Shown: positions 21,381 through 31,279, numbered from the stretch's first letter. The stretch: DNA of 64,000 nucleotides from an uncultured Acidobacteriota bacterium (GCA_963809485.1 CAWEJX010000020.1:608001-672000), one strand, 5' to 3'. The notes: a model not told the origin generated them from the letters alone. Made by a program: numbers and translations.

Positions 21381-21605
21381 ATGAATTCCTATGGAGTGAT
21401 ATTGTTTCACACAACTTCGGCCGTGCTGCGCGCGGAGAAGATACTCCAGCGGGAAGGGATAACGGTGAAACTTGTGCCGACACCCCGCGAGTTTTCCACC
21501 GATTGCGGGATTGCGCTGCGTCTGGACTGGGAACAGTCTGCATCCGCTCAAGCGCTGCTGGAATCCGCAAAAGTTGAGATTGCCGGCATTCATAAAATGG
21601 AATAA
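21381..21605 (+). CDS. DUF3343 family protein (putative Se/S carrier-like)
   Basis: FHTTSAVLRAEKIL...PTPREFSTDCGIALR; a typical neighbour of yedE and yedF. Confidence 0.82.
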   Translation: MNSYGVILFHTTSAVLRAEKILQREGITVKLVPTPREFSTDCGIALRLDWEQSASAQALLESAKVEIAGIHKME

Positions 21606-21641
21606 CCATCGCCAAAACAGCGTCAGAAGCTGAGGAATGTC

Positions 21642-22598
21642 ATGCGTCGACTTTTAGCCGTCTTTTTGCTGCTGGCGGCCACTGCAGCGGGCATCGCTGT
21701 CCCTGCCTTGCCGCAAAAGGTACAAACCGCCCGAATTTTGATCCTTTCCGCGAATCTCGCGGAGGAAGGCATTGGGGAGTGGGGCTTTGCTGCGCTGGTT
21801 GAGGCGGACGGCCAGCGCATTCTCTTCGACACGGGGGCCCGGCCGGAAACTGTGCTGAAAAACGCCCGGGATCTGGGTCTGAGCCTGTCGGACATCCGCG
21901 AAGTAGTGCTCAGCCACAGCGATGATGATCACACCGGAGGCCTCCTGGCCCTGCGCCGGGAACTTGCCCGCGTGAATGCCTCTGCCTTGTCGCGGGCGCA
22001 TGTCGCCCGCGGATTTTTCTATGAAAGGGAGGAGGATCCGGGAAGAAACGAACGGATTGCCGCCCTCAAATCCGAGTATGAAGGCGGCGGCGGGGTATTT
22101 GTGGAGCACGTCAAACCGGTGGCTTTGCTGCCCGGCGTCTGGATGCTCGGCCCGATCCCGCGCGTTCATCCGGAACGGAATTGGAGCAGCGACGGGAAGA
22201 TCCGGACTCCCGAAGGTCCCGTTGAAGATACCATTCCGGAGGACACATCCCTGGTGCTCGACACAGACCGCGGCCTGGTAGTCTTGTCCGGTTGCTGCCA
22301 TGCCGGGATCATCAATACGCTCGATTACGCCCGCAAGGCGATTCGACCGGCCCCCATATACGCGGCCGTGGGAGGGTTTCACCTGATGCGCGCAAGCGAC
22401 CAATCTCTGGACTGGACGGCGAAAATATTGCGGAAATTCGGCCTGGCCAATTTTATCGGGGCTCATTGCACCGGCATTGAACCTGTCTATCGTATCCGGC
22501 AAAAGGCCGGCCTGAGCAGGAAGACCTGCATTGTAGGAGCGGTGGGCAGTCAATTCGCGCTGGATAAAGGCATAACCGCCGGGCTGCTGACTCACTGA
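21642..22598 (+). CDS. MBL-fold metallo-hydrolase with signal peptide (dihydropteroate-related synthase-like subfamily)
   Basis: EWGFAALVE, LFDTG, SHSDDDHTGG, GCCHAG, GGFHL and HCTG. Confidence 0.85.
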   Translation: MRRLLAVFLLLAATAAGIAVPALPQKVQTARILILSANLAEEGIGEWGFAALVEADGQRILFDTGARPETVLKNARDLGLSLSDIREVVLSHSDDDHTGGLLALRRELARVNASALSRAHVARGFFYEREEDPGRNERIAALKSEYEGGGGVFVEHVKPVALLPGVWMLGPIPRVHPERNWSSDGKIRTPEGPVEDTIPEDTSLVLDTDRGLVVLSGCCHAGIINTLDYARKAIRPAPIYAAVGGFHLMRASDQSLDWTAKILRKFGLANFIGAHCTGIEPVYRIRQKAGLSRKTCIVGAVGSQFALDKGITAGLLTH

Positions 22599-22623
22599 AT
22601 CATCCCGCGGTCCGGAGATCGAC

Positions 22624-23412
22624 ATGAAAAAAATCATCGGTTTGCTTCTATTCCTCGGCCCAGTCGCGGCTTTGTGCGGAGATCGGGGCATTCTCCTGGA
22701 AAATCTTACATGGGTTGAAGCGGAGAAATTGCTGACGGCGGAAGCTGTCGTCGTCATACCCATCGGGGCCGCCGCCAAAGAGCACGGCCCTCACCTCAGA
22801 CTGAACAATGACTTGATTCTTGCGGAATACCTGAAAAAACGCGTACAGGCTCGAGCGGATGTCGTCATCGCACCCTCTATCCCGTATCACTTTTATCCTG
22901 CGTTCGTCGAGTATCCGGGATCGACCACGCTCCGTCTCGAGACAGCCAGAGACTTCATGGTGGATATATGCCGGAGCCTCGCCCGCTTCGGCCCAAAACG
23001 CTTCTACGCCCTGAACACCGGTATATCCACGCTGCGGGCTCTCGAACCGGCGGCCAGGATCCTGGCTTCGGAAAAAATCATTTTGCGATATACCGATCTC
23101 AATCAGGTTCTTGGCCCCGTGGAAAAAACGATTTTAAAACAGGAAGGCGGAAGCCATGCGGATGAAGGTGAAACCTCGATGATGCTATACATCGATCCCT
23201 CCACCGTCGACATGTCCAAGGCTGTGAGGGATTACGGCCCGGACGGAGGTCCGCTGACGCGGGATCCAAAGGGCCGCGGCACTTACTCGCCCACGGGCAT
23301 CTGGGGAGATCCCACCCTTGCTACGCGCGCCAAGGGAGAAAAGCTGGTTGAAGCTGCGGTTGCCGGCATACTGAAGGACATTGAGGCTTTGCGCCAGCAG
23401 CCGATACAATAG
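22624..23412 (+). CDS. Creatininase family protein
   Basis: PIGAAAKEHGPHL, YPGST, HADEGETS and GIWGDPTLAT. Confidence 0.9.
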   Translation: MKKIIGLLLFLGPVAALCGDRGILLENLTWVEAEKLLTAEAVVVIPIGAAAKEHGPHLRLNNDLILAEYLKKRVQARADVVIAPSIPYHFYPAFVEYPGSTTLRLETARDFMVDICRSLARFGPKRFYALNTGISTLRALEPAARILASEKIILRYTDLNQVLGPVEKTILKQEGGSHADEGETSMMLYIDPSTVDMSKAVRDYGPDGGPLTRDPKGRGTYSPTGIWGDPTLATRAKGEKLVEAAVAGILKDIEALRQQPIQ

Positions 23413-23424
23413 CGCGCCGCGACA

Positions 23425-23644
23425 ATCAGGTACCTCCGGCAAAGCCGGAGGCTTGAAGGATTTGAACCGCTCAAAGCGGTTGGAGGAGTTACGCCGGTCT
23501 TGAACGCTGACTTACGCGGGCAAAAGCCGATCCTCGCCGAACAAATCGACGTTTGTCAGCGCTTTTATCAGCGTTTTTCAGCGTTTCAAAATACGGAGCT
23601 GTCAGACTCTTTGAGTCCCCCGACAGAGCCGGGGGTTTACCAAT
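23425..23644 (-). mobile_element. Non-autonomous IS200/IS605-type element, copy 2, 220 bp
   Basis: Same ends and interior as copy 1, with the central hairpin almost entirely deleted. Confidence 0.8.
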
Positions 23645-23675
23645 GGAATCAAGGTTCCAACACACGTTCCATAGC

Positions 23676-25136
23676 ATGATTCGACCCATTGCCAGATTTT
23701 CATTCATCCTGCTTCCTGCCGTAGCCATCTGTGTGTCCAGCTTTACCTTGTCAGGGTGCTCCATCCAGGATGCAGCTCACTTCGGCAATCACGAGCGAGC
23801 GCTCGTCCTGCTGGGCGGCACCATCATCGACACCTCGGATTTCGGAAGATCCGAAACCGATATAAAGGACTCGGCAGTTATCATTCGAGGCAATAAAATC
23901 AGCTCAGCCGGACCCAGAAAGAGCATACGGATCCCGGCCGGCTCAGAAGTGCTGGATATTTCCGGCAAGTATGTCCTGCCCGGTCTCAATGACGCATTTG
24001 CCGCACAAAACAATCAGGCGCATGCGAACGCCTACCTGTATATGGGAGTAACGTCTATTGTCGGCATAGACAATCCCGGAAGCAGGCGTGGCCCGCTTTA
24101 CCTCACGGCAAAACCGAGCCCGCACATCTACAGGCTGGAATCCATCTCCGGTTATGATGAGAGCAGTCTCTCGCCGCCTGCCTCTTCAACCGCCGACCTG
24201 CGCAGCCGCGGAAGGAGAATGTCCCCCCAGGAACTCAGCGACCAGGTTGACTCTCTCGGCCGCGCAGGCATCAGAGTGCTGCTTCTGCACTACGCCCTGG
24301 CGCCGGACCAGACCGAAGTGATCGTCCGGCGCGCACGGCTATGTGGGATGTCAACCATAGGCGAACTCGGATTCACCTCATATCCGGAGGCAATTCGCGC
24401 AGGCGTTCAGGCGTTTGTGCACGTCAGCCGATATTCGCTGGAACTTGCGCCGCCCGACATGCGCGCCCGCGTGGCAGGCGCCCCGTTCGGCACTCCGCGG
24501 GAAGAGTTTTACGCATACCTCACGCGAGTCGGCAGGAACGATCCGCGATTGAAGAGATATGCTCCGGTTCTTGGTTCCGCCTTTGCCGGTCTCATCCCGA
24601 CTTTGAGCTTTGAATACCTCGATTTGCCGGATCACGAGAATCCGTGGAAGGAGCCGGTCGCCGCAATCCTGGATCCAAAAGACATCCATCTTCCCGCCAA
24701 TCCGGCCACAGGCAGGCGTGACGGGGCATTTGCCGTCCCATCCTATGACTTCCCTGCCACGCTTTCCGAAAGCCTTTTTAGAATTGAAAAGGAGTATTGC
24801 AGGGCCGGGGCGAAGCATCTGGCAGGGAGCGGCACCTCAGCATTTGGTACTATGCCGGGGATTTCACTGCATACAGAACTAAAGCTGCTGACGGTTGTCG
24901 GGCTGACTCCGCGCCAGGCGCTGGCCGCGGCAACCGCCAATTTCGAGACGCTGTTCGGGTGGAAAGGTACGGGCCAAATCAAGGCCGGATATAATGCCGA
25001 CGTTTTGGTGCTCGACGAAAACCCCGTGAACAATATCGAAAACGCCAAAAAGATTTTTCGCGTGATTCTCAACGGCGAGGTTTTGGACAGGGAAAAGCTG
25101 CTTCTTATAAAGCAACCTGCCGGCCGGCGGGACTGA
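23676..25136 (+). CDS. Amidohydrolase superfamily protein, probable lipoprotein, with atypical metal site
   Basis: LSGC lipobox, DISGKYVLPGLND, PGISLHTEL, GLTPRQALAAAT and GQIKAGYNADVLVLDENP. Start uncertain: the ORF extends 5' into the mobile element. Confidence 0.8.
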   Translation: MIRPIARFSFILLPAVAICVSSFTLSGCSIQDAAHFGNHERALVLLGGTIIDTSDFGRSETDIKDSAVIIRGNKISSAGPRKSIRIPAGSEVLDISGKYVLPGLNDAFAAQNNQAHANAYLYMGVTSIVGIDNPGSRRGPLYLTAKPSPHIYRLESISGYDESSLSPPASSTADLRSRGRRMSPQELSDQVDSLGRAGIRVLLLHYALAPDQTEVIVRRARLCGMSTIGELGFTSYPEAIRAGVQAFVHVSRYSLELAPPDMRARVAGAPFGTPREEFYAYLTRVGRNDPRLKRYAPVLGSAFAGLIPTLSFEYLDLPDHENPWKEPVAAILDPKDIHLPANPATGRRDGAFAVPSYDFPATLSESLFRIEKEYCRAGAKHLAGSGTSAFGTMPGISLHTELKLLTVVGLTPRQALAAATANFETLFGWKGTGQIKAGYNADVLVLDENPVNNIENAKKIFRVILNGEVLDREKLLLIKQPAGRRD

Positions 25137-25153
25137 TTCCCCGAAAAGGCGTT

Positions 25154-26101
25154 TCAGCTGTTCAGCTTTGATTTGAAGTGTTCGATAGTCCGGGTCAGTC
25201 CCTGTTCGATTTGAATTTTGGGACTCCATCCCAGCAGTTGCGTCGCGCGGGCCGTATCGGGGCGACGCACCTTGGGATCATCTTCCGGCAACGGCTCAAA
25301 TACGATTTTGCTTGAGGAACCGCTGAGCCGGATGATTTTTTCCGCTATTTCAACCACCGTGAGTTCGTGGGGATTGCCGATATTCACCGGCAGGTGCACG
25401 TCCTCCGATTGCGGCGCCAGCAGCAGCCGGACCAGCCCGTCGATCTCGTCGTCCACGTAACAGAAACTGCGCGTCTGCTTCCCTTCCCCGTAGACGGTCA
25501 ACGGCTCCCCCTTCAGAGCCTGGACTATAAAATTCGAGACTACACGGCCGTCATGCGGCCGCATCCTCGGGCCATAAGTATTGAAAATTCGCGCGATGCG
25601 TGTATCCACGCCGTGGTACCTGTGATAAGCCATCACCAAAGCTTCGGCGAACCTCTTGGCTTCATCGTAGACGCCCCGCAAGCCGATGGGATTCACATTT
25701 CCCCAGTAGGACTCCGGCTGGGGATTCACCAGGGGATCCCCGTAGGTTTCCGATGTGCTGGCCATCAGAAACCGCGCCTTCTTGTACTTGGCAAGGCCGA
25801 TGGTTTTGTGGGTTCCAAGCGCGCCCACTTTGAGCGTCTGGATCGGCATTTCCAGATAGTCGCGGGGGCTGGCGGGAGAGGCAAAATGCATCACGGCGTC
25901 CACCGGCGGCCCGATGTAGATGTATTCGGTGACGTCATGTTTGTAAAAACGGAACCGCTCGTGCCCCAGCAGGTGGGCAATATTGTCCACGCTTCCGGTG
26001 GAAAGATTGTCCAGACAAATAACTTCGTGGCCTAACCCCAAAAGATGGTCACACAAATGGCTGCCCAGGAACCCTGCTCCTCCAGTAACAACGATGCGCA
26101 T
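25154..26101 (-). CDS. UDP-glucuronate decarboxylase family NAD-dependent epimerase/dehydratase
   Basis: [31 protein letters not shown] and [16 protein letters not shown] before ATG at 26101. Confidence 0.95.
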   Translation of the reverse strand: MRIVVTGGAGFLGSHLCDHLLGLGHEVICLDNLSTGSVDNIAHLLGHERFRFYKHDVTEYIYIGPPVDAVMHFASPASPRDYLEMPIQTLKVGALGTHKTIGLAKYKKARFLMASTSETYGDPLVNPQPESYWGNVNPIGLRGVYDEAKRFAEALVMAYHRYHGVDTRIARIFNTYGPRMRPHDGRVVSNFIVQALKGEPLTVYGEGKQTRSFCYVDDEIDGLVRLLLAPQSEDVHLPVNIGNPHELTVVEIAEKIIRLSGSSSKIVFEPLPEDDPKVRRPDTARATQLLGWSPKIQIEQGLTRTIEHFKSKLNS

Positions 26102-26422
26102 TATCGCCTCCCGCAAAGCGAGCATCTTATCAGAAACAGCGGAAAGGTTAACAGAACGATCCCGCCTTGCATATTTTACCGCCGCAGGAACCGGCAAATG
26201 CAGATTGTGGCTTGACTCGTACTTGCCAGAGCTTCTCTGCTACGGAGGCTTATGCGGGCTTGCATGGCCTTGATTGAAGGTCGCAGGTCCCAGCCTGCAA
26301 GCCGCAGGTGCAGATGGCTCAGGGTAGCACAGTGAAAAAACCGGGATGTGGAAGGATCGCCTTCCCACTGCGCGATTTCAATGATGCGGACGAAGAATTT
26401 TCGACCAGACCCGGGAGACCGG

Positions 26423-27778
26423 CTATGGCGCCAGCGGCTGGACCGCGCCCAGGGTTTCCATCGCGGGCTTCAATATGGAGGCCGGTCCCCGGATCAGGAT
26501 GACTTCTCCGCCGGGGAAGAGCCAGCTGTGGGCGGCCTGCCGCACCATGTCAGCGTCGCACCGTCGGATGAGATCCGGAAAATTGGCCGCATAGTTGCTG
26601 CCGAGGTGATAGAGTTCGGCGTCGAGCATTATTTTGCAGAGTCCGTCCACCGTCACCAGTTCGCGGTTGAACTCCTCGATCAGCCGGTTTTGAATCTGCG
26701 CCAGTTCCTCGGCGGAAACGGATGAATCCTTGATTTCCGCTGCGGCATTTTGAATCTTGCGGATATGGTCTAAAGTCTGATCGGCGGCTGCCTGTCCCTG
26801 GACATAGAAAGGGCTGGCCATGCGCCGGCCCAGGTTGCCCACCGTCAGCAGCGAAGTCGGCAGAAGTTTTGTCAAACGTTCCTGCAGGATGTGCGCCGCC
26901 AGCAGGGCAGGCAGGTAATCGGTATCCTCGCGCCGCGGGAAAAGATTTCCGAGAATAAACTGCGCCGCCGGAGAATTGGGATCATCTTCGATAAGAATTC
27001 TCCGCTCGATCAGCTTGCGCGGAGGCAGGAACGTGAAGGGGAAGGCATCGTTGCGGACCCAAACCCCCCATATGCGCGCGGTTTTCTGAATGACTTGCGG
27101 AGCGGGGACATTTCCCACAATCAGCAGGAAAGCCTGGTTGGGGGAAAAGTATTTTTTGTAAAACTGCCGGACATCGCCGATGGTTATCGACGCCAGGCTC
27201 GCCTGAGTCCCTTGACGGGGCCTTCCATAAGTCGTGCCGCCGAAAAGGTCCATTTCAAGCTGGGCATGAATCCTCTGGCGCGGATCATCGGGCTTCTTCA
27301 AATCCTCAAGGATGGCTTGTTTTTCTGCGGCAAAATCCGTTTCGTTGAACTGCGCCTCTCCCACGATCTGATATAAGAGAAGAAGCGATCGCTCGGAGCT
27401 CGAGCTTGGCCCCTTCAGCAGAAAACGGAATCCATCCCAATCGCAGATAATTTCGACGGATGCGCCCAGATATTCGAGTTCATCCTGAATGCCTTTCTGC
27501 GTCTTATCGAATGTGGCCTTCATGAACATCCGGGAAACAAGATTCGCCAATCCGCCTTTGTCTGCAGGGTCGAAAGCGGAACCATAGCGTACGAGCAGAC
27601 CGATCGTCATGTTCTCGCCAAGGTTGGGAGTTGCCGCCACGGTGATCTGAAGGTCGTTCAATAGCCGCTTGTGGCTCAATTCCGGAAGCGGGGCCGGCTT
27701 CTGGGCCGAAGCCCCAACGCAGGAGAAAATCATCCATGCTGTGCAGATAAACAGATTGCGCAAGCTGTGTCGTATCAT
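26423..27778 (-). CDS. M16 (pitrilysin/insulinase) family protein, non-catalytic type
   Basis: Signal peptide. GSAFDPADKGGLANLVSRM has no HxxEH. Also YGRP..G and YFSPNQAFLLIVG. Confidence 0.85.
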   Translation of the reverse strand: MIRHSLRNLFICTAWMIFSCVGASAQKPAPLPELSHKRLLNDLQITVAATPNLGENMTIGLLVRYGSAFDPADKGGLANLVSRMFMKATFDKTQKGIQDELEYLGASVEIICDWDGFRFLLKGPSSSSERSLLLLYQIVGEAQFNETDFAAEKQAILEDLKKPDDPRQRIHAQLEMDLFGGTTYGRPRQGTQASLASITIGDVRQFYKKYFSPNQAFLLIVGNVPAPQVIQKTARIWGVWVRNDAFPFTFLPPRKLIERRILIEDDPNSPAAQFILGNLFPRREDTDYLPALLAAHILQERLTKLLPTSLLTVGNLGRRMASPFYVQGQAAADQTLDHIRKIQNAAAEIKDSSVSAEELAQIQNRLIEEFNRELVTVDGLCKIMLDAELYHLGSNYAANFPDLIRRCDADMVRQAAHSWLFPGGEVILIRGPASILKPAMETLGAVQPLAP

Positions 27779-27897
27779 TTCCTATCCCTGGATTCCGTAA
27801 ATTCTTATATTAACCTCCAGTGGTCCAAGACTCAATGTCTCTAAAGCAGCCATATCGGGTTTTTGGAAGGCCCTGAATCGAGGCACATCTCCATATC

Positions 27898-27906
27898 TGC
27901 TATAAT
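27898..27906 (+). promoter_or_regulatory. Putative extended -10 sigma70 promoter element
   Basis: TGCTATAAT about 60 bp upstream of the 27964 gene, in a divergent intergenic region. Confidence 0.4.
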
Positions 27907-27963
27907 GCGGGTTTGAAATCATAGGAGACGTATCCATCAACAGCCGAGCCAGAGGTCCATGCC

Positions 27964-28485
27964 ATGGTTGAATTCACTTCTGAGCCGCAAAAGAGCTTGC
28001 GCCCGAAAACACTCCTTATTGCCGCCATCGTTCTGGTTGTCCTCCTGGGCGGGGTTTTTCTTTATGTCCGCTGCCAGCGCAGCATGCAGCCTCGCACGGG
28101 CGGTTCTGCGGTCGTGGTACCCGATCTGCTGAGGCCGGGGAATACGAATTTCGAATACTACAAAACCAGGATTCGCATTGAGAACGTCAAGGCAAGCCTC
28201 GGAATCAGTTTCAATAACGCCAGGATCGCCATCATTTCGGGACAGATTCTCAATGATGGAGACCGCAAGCTGGAGGCCTTGGAACTGCATATTACCCTGT
28301 ATGACGCCTGGGGGAAGGTTTCCAAGGAGCGGACCGCTTTCGCGCTCCGGCCCGGTGCCGGATACAGCGGGAAACCCATGGAACCTTTGGAAAAGCGGCC
28401 CTTCACAATAGGAGTTGAGGCCGTGGAGTATTATTGGAACCCGAGGCAGATCACCTACGAAATAACCGGCCTGAAGTATAAATAA
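27964..28485 (+). CDS. Membrane-anchored hypothetical protein with Ig-like (FxLYD/DUF3426-like) domain
   Basis: Single TM helix, then ISGQILNDGDR...ITLYDAWG...PLEKRPF. GAGG RBS. Confidence 0.65.
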   Translation: MVEFTSEPQKSLRPKTLLIAAIVLVVLLGGVFLYVRCQRSMQPRTGGSAVVVPDLLRPGNTNFEYYKTRIRIENVKASLGISFNNARIAIISGQILNDGDRKLEALELHITLYDAWGKVSKERTAFALRPGAGYSGKPMEPLEKRPFTIGVEAVEYYWNPRQITYEITGLKYK

Positions 28486-28504
28486 TTGACCATTGAAAAC
28501 AGAC

Positions 28505-29788
28505 ATGAGGATTGAAGAAATCTGCAAGGCCGCTCGTGAACGCCGGTTTATCAAACATCAATCGTCAATCGTCAATCTTCAATTGTTTGCGGTTGTTCTG
28601 ATGGTCCTACCCCTTGCGGCCTGCGCGCGCTCGATATCCCGCGAGGAACGCGAGGCAAACCACTATTTCGCCGAAATTCTCAAACGCGAAGACCGCCGGT
28701 TTATGGGGGAGGATGGTTTTTGGGAAAAGAACCTGCTCTCCAACCCATCCATCGAGGTCAGGCAATGGTGCGCCCTGGCCCTCGGCCGCATTGCATCCCC
28801 CAGCGCGCTGCCCTGGCTCTACCGGTCTCTTCACGCAGTCGAGGCGTCCGTCCGCGCCACATCGGCTTTTGCCATCGGTGAAATCGAGGACCGTGAGCTT
28901 ACAGGTGCGCGGTTGAGGCCAGTGGATCTGCAGGCCGTGTCGGAGTTGAAAGCGATGCTGGACGATTCCTCCCTAATGGTGCGCATGCGCGTCACCGAAG
29001 CGCTGGGCAAAATCGGGGGACCGGCCGAAGCGGAGGAAATCGTAAAGCGCCTGGGGCGCTTTCCTTACCATGGACGGCCGGAGGAGCGCGCGTATCTTGG
29101 CTTCTGCATCACTGCCTTGATGCGGCTGAACGATCCCTGCGCAATTCCTGTCCTGGAAAAAATGACGGAGTTTGATGACCAGGAGATCAGGCGGCAGTCA
29201 GCGAATGCGCTTAAGCAAATGCGCATGGGCAACTCCCTCCCATCAATTCCCGCCGCCCATACTTCTAAAGATGTTCAAAATTCCAGTCCCTCAAATCCAA
29301 CCATCACCGATGCCCTCGCCTATGCTTTTGCCGCAGACCGCAAAAACAGCACTATCGCTATTCTGGATACCACGCAGGGCTCTATCGAAATCGAGCTGTT
29401 CCGCCAGGATGCTCCGGCCACGGCCGCCGGATTCGTTTTGCAGGCACAGGGAGGACGCCTCAACAGACTGGAGTTTACTCGCGAGAGCCCGTCTCTTTTG
29501 GTGGCTCGGATGCCTCAAGGCCTGCCTGCGGCCTGGACCTTGCGCTCCGAGGTTAATATGCGACCGTTTGAAAAAGGGAGCGTCGGCCTGATTCTGCTGC
29601 CAAAAGAATCTACAGTAGGCGGCGTTTTTATCGCGCTGGCGCCGCAACCGCAAATGGACGGCACGTACACTTGCTTCGGCAGGATTATCAGCGGCCTGCA
29701 GGCAGCCGAAAGGATGACGCCGGACGACCGCATCAGGCAGGTACGGATCAAGGAAACGATCAGTTTTCAAGATTACGGCCGTTATTGA
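28505..29788 (+). CDS. HEAT-repeat protein fused to a cyclophilin-like PPIase domain, probable lipoprotein
   Basis: LAAC lipobox, HEAT repeats (ALALGRI, AFAIGEI, EALGKI), then TTQGSIEIELF..DAP and DGTYTCFGRIISG. Start uncertain. Confidence 0.8.
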   Translation: MRIEEICKAARERRFIKHQSSIVNLQLFAVVLMVLPLAACARSISREEREANHYFAEILKREDRRFMGEDGFWEKNLLSNPSIEVRQWCALALGRIASPSALPWLYRSLHAVEASVRATSAFAIGEIEDRELTGARLRPVDLQAVSELKAMLDDSSLMVRMRVTEALGKIGGPAEAEEIVKRLGRFPYHGRPEERAYLGFCITALMRLNDPCAIPVLEKMTEFDDQEIRRQSANALKQMRMGNSLPSIPAAHTSKDVQNSSPSNPTITDALAYAFAADRKNSTIAILDTTQGSIEIELFRQDAPATAAGFVLQAQGGRLNRLEFTRESPSLLVARMPQGLPAAWTLRSEVNMRPFEKGSVGLILLPKESTVGGVFIALAPQPQMDGTYTCFGRIISGLQAAERMTPDDRIRQVRIKETISFQDYGRY

Positions 29789-29841
29789 CCCGGCGCGAAC
29801 AATGTGCCGTTCGCTCTTTTTTCAAGTTCCCGGGGGGCTCT

Positions 29842-30606
29842 ATGGCAGGCGGGGTGGAACTCATTTTCGCGGGATTGGCTGCCGTTGCGGCCGGCGCCGT
29901 CAATGCGCTGGCCGGAGGAGGCACGCTGATCACCTTCCCCACGCTTGTTGCCCTCGGCATTACGCCAGTCGCCGCCAATGTCACAAACACTGTTGCGCTC
30001 TGCCCCGGCTACCTGGGCGGGGCTATCGCACAATTGAGCGATTTGCAGGGCCAGAAGGCACGGCTGCGGATTCTCCTGATTGCCGGAGCAGCCGGAGGAA
30101 TCCTGGGAGGATGGCTGCTGCTTGTCTCCGGGGAGCGGATTTTTAAGACGCTTGTGCCCTTCCTGATCCTGTTTGCTTCCGGCCTGCTCGCAATGCGCAG
30201 CCCGATCCGGGCGTCGATTGCCGGCCGTTCAGGCAGGGCGGCAACCCGACCGATTGCCGGGATCTGGCTTGCCCTTCCTATTGCCCTGGCCGCGATTTAC
30301 GGGGGCTATTTCGGCGCCGGCCTCAGCATCATAGTTCTTTCGGTGCTCGGTCTGATGACCGGAGACTCGGTGACCCGGCTGAACGCGACCAAACAAGCCG
30401 TCAGCCTTGTTGTCAACACCGCCGCCGCCCTGCTATTCATGCTTTCCGGGCATGTTCTCTGGTCCTTCGCCATGGTAATGGCTCTCGGATCTCTGCTCGG
30501 CGGAGTCCTGGGAGGCCGTCTGGCCGGCCGCATCAATCCATCCGCACTCCAATGGACGGTCGTTGCCATCGGCATCACCGTCGCCATTATCTATTTCATC
30601 CGCTGA
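29842..30606 (+). CDS. Sulfite exporter TauE/SafE family membrane protein
   Basis: NALAGGGTLITFP, ANVTN and YGGYFGAG; multiple TM helices. Confidence 0.92.
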   Translation: MAGGVELIFAGLAAVAAGAVNALAGGGTLITFPTLVALGITPVAANVTNTVALCPGYLGGAIAQLSDLQGQKARLRILLIAGAAGGILGGWLLLVSGERIFKTLVPFLILFASGLLAMRSPIRASIAGRSGRAATRPIAGIWLALPIALAAIYGGYFGAGLSIIVLSVLGLMTGDSVTRLNATKQAVSLVVNTAAALLFMLSGHVLWSFAMVMALGSLLGGVLGGRLAGRINPSALQWTVVAIGITVAIIYFIR

Positions 30607-30877
30607 AACCATCGCGGGACAGCCGCCCCAGACTCCGTCAATCAGAACGATGGAAGCGGGTACATGCCGCAGCAGAAGGGGTAAAGGATCAGAGGGGCCA
30701 AGGATCAAAGGGTTTTAGGCAGTCCGGGCGATTTCGGGTCATTTTGTCATTCAACAAGCTTTGGCTTTGCTGGAGTCGCCGGGCATCTCCGCTTCGACGC
30801 GCCGCTTCGTCGTCTCGTAATGGCCGGCGCCGCCACGGCTCAAGGTCGGTTGTTCAGGAAGTGGATCCGGTCCAGTG

Positions 30878-31177
30878 TCAGGGGATGCTGCACGATAAGC
30901 ACGCCGGTGCCGCCTTGCTGGCACCGTCGCGCACCTCCCCGAAACCCGAAATGCCCTGATTGGCGTCGATCCTCAACAGGGTGACCCTAAATGGCGCCCC
31001 GGTAATCACGGCCGTGCGCAGATCGGTGATTCTCAGGTCCGAAGGTTTGGAGTTTGTTTTGGTGTTCTGCGGCACCGACGCCAGAGTTTCATCCGCCCAG
31101 AACGCCGCGCCCAGCGCACCGGCGCCTGCACGCAAAAGCGACCGGCGCCCAGTCGGCCTCGCCATGAATTTATCCAT
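30878..31177 (-). pseudogene. Truncated Tat-exported mandelate racemase/muconate lactonizing enzyme family gene (N-terminus only)
   Basis: GRRSLLR Tat signal, then SKPSDLRITDLR...LRIDANQGISGFGEVRDGASK. Homology stops abruptly after about 90 aa. Confidence 0.7.
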
Positions 31178-31279
31178 AAGCCTATTTCCTATAACGTAGG
31201 GTTCGCTGAGTTTTTAATATTTTGGGCCGATTCTATGGCGCTCGGCCCATAATTCCAATCCCATTCTAGCATTGGAATC

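Noticed and set aside
18818-21605. Selenocysteine (UGA) recoding in the selenium-associated cluster
   Set aside because: No in-frame TGA aligns with a conserved Cys. The yedE break is an indel, and the TGA stops fall at normal protein ends.
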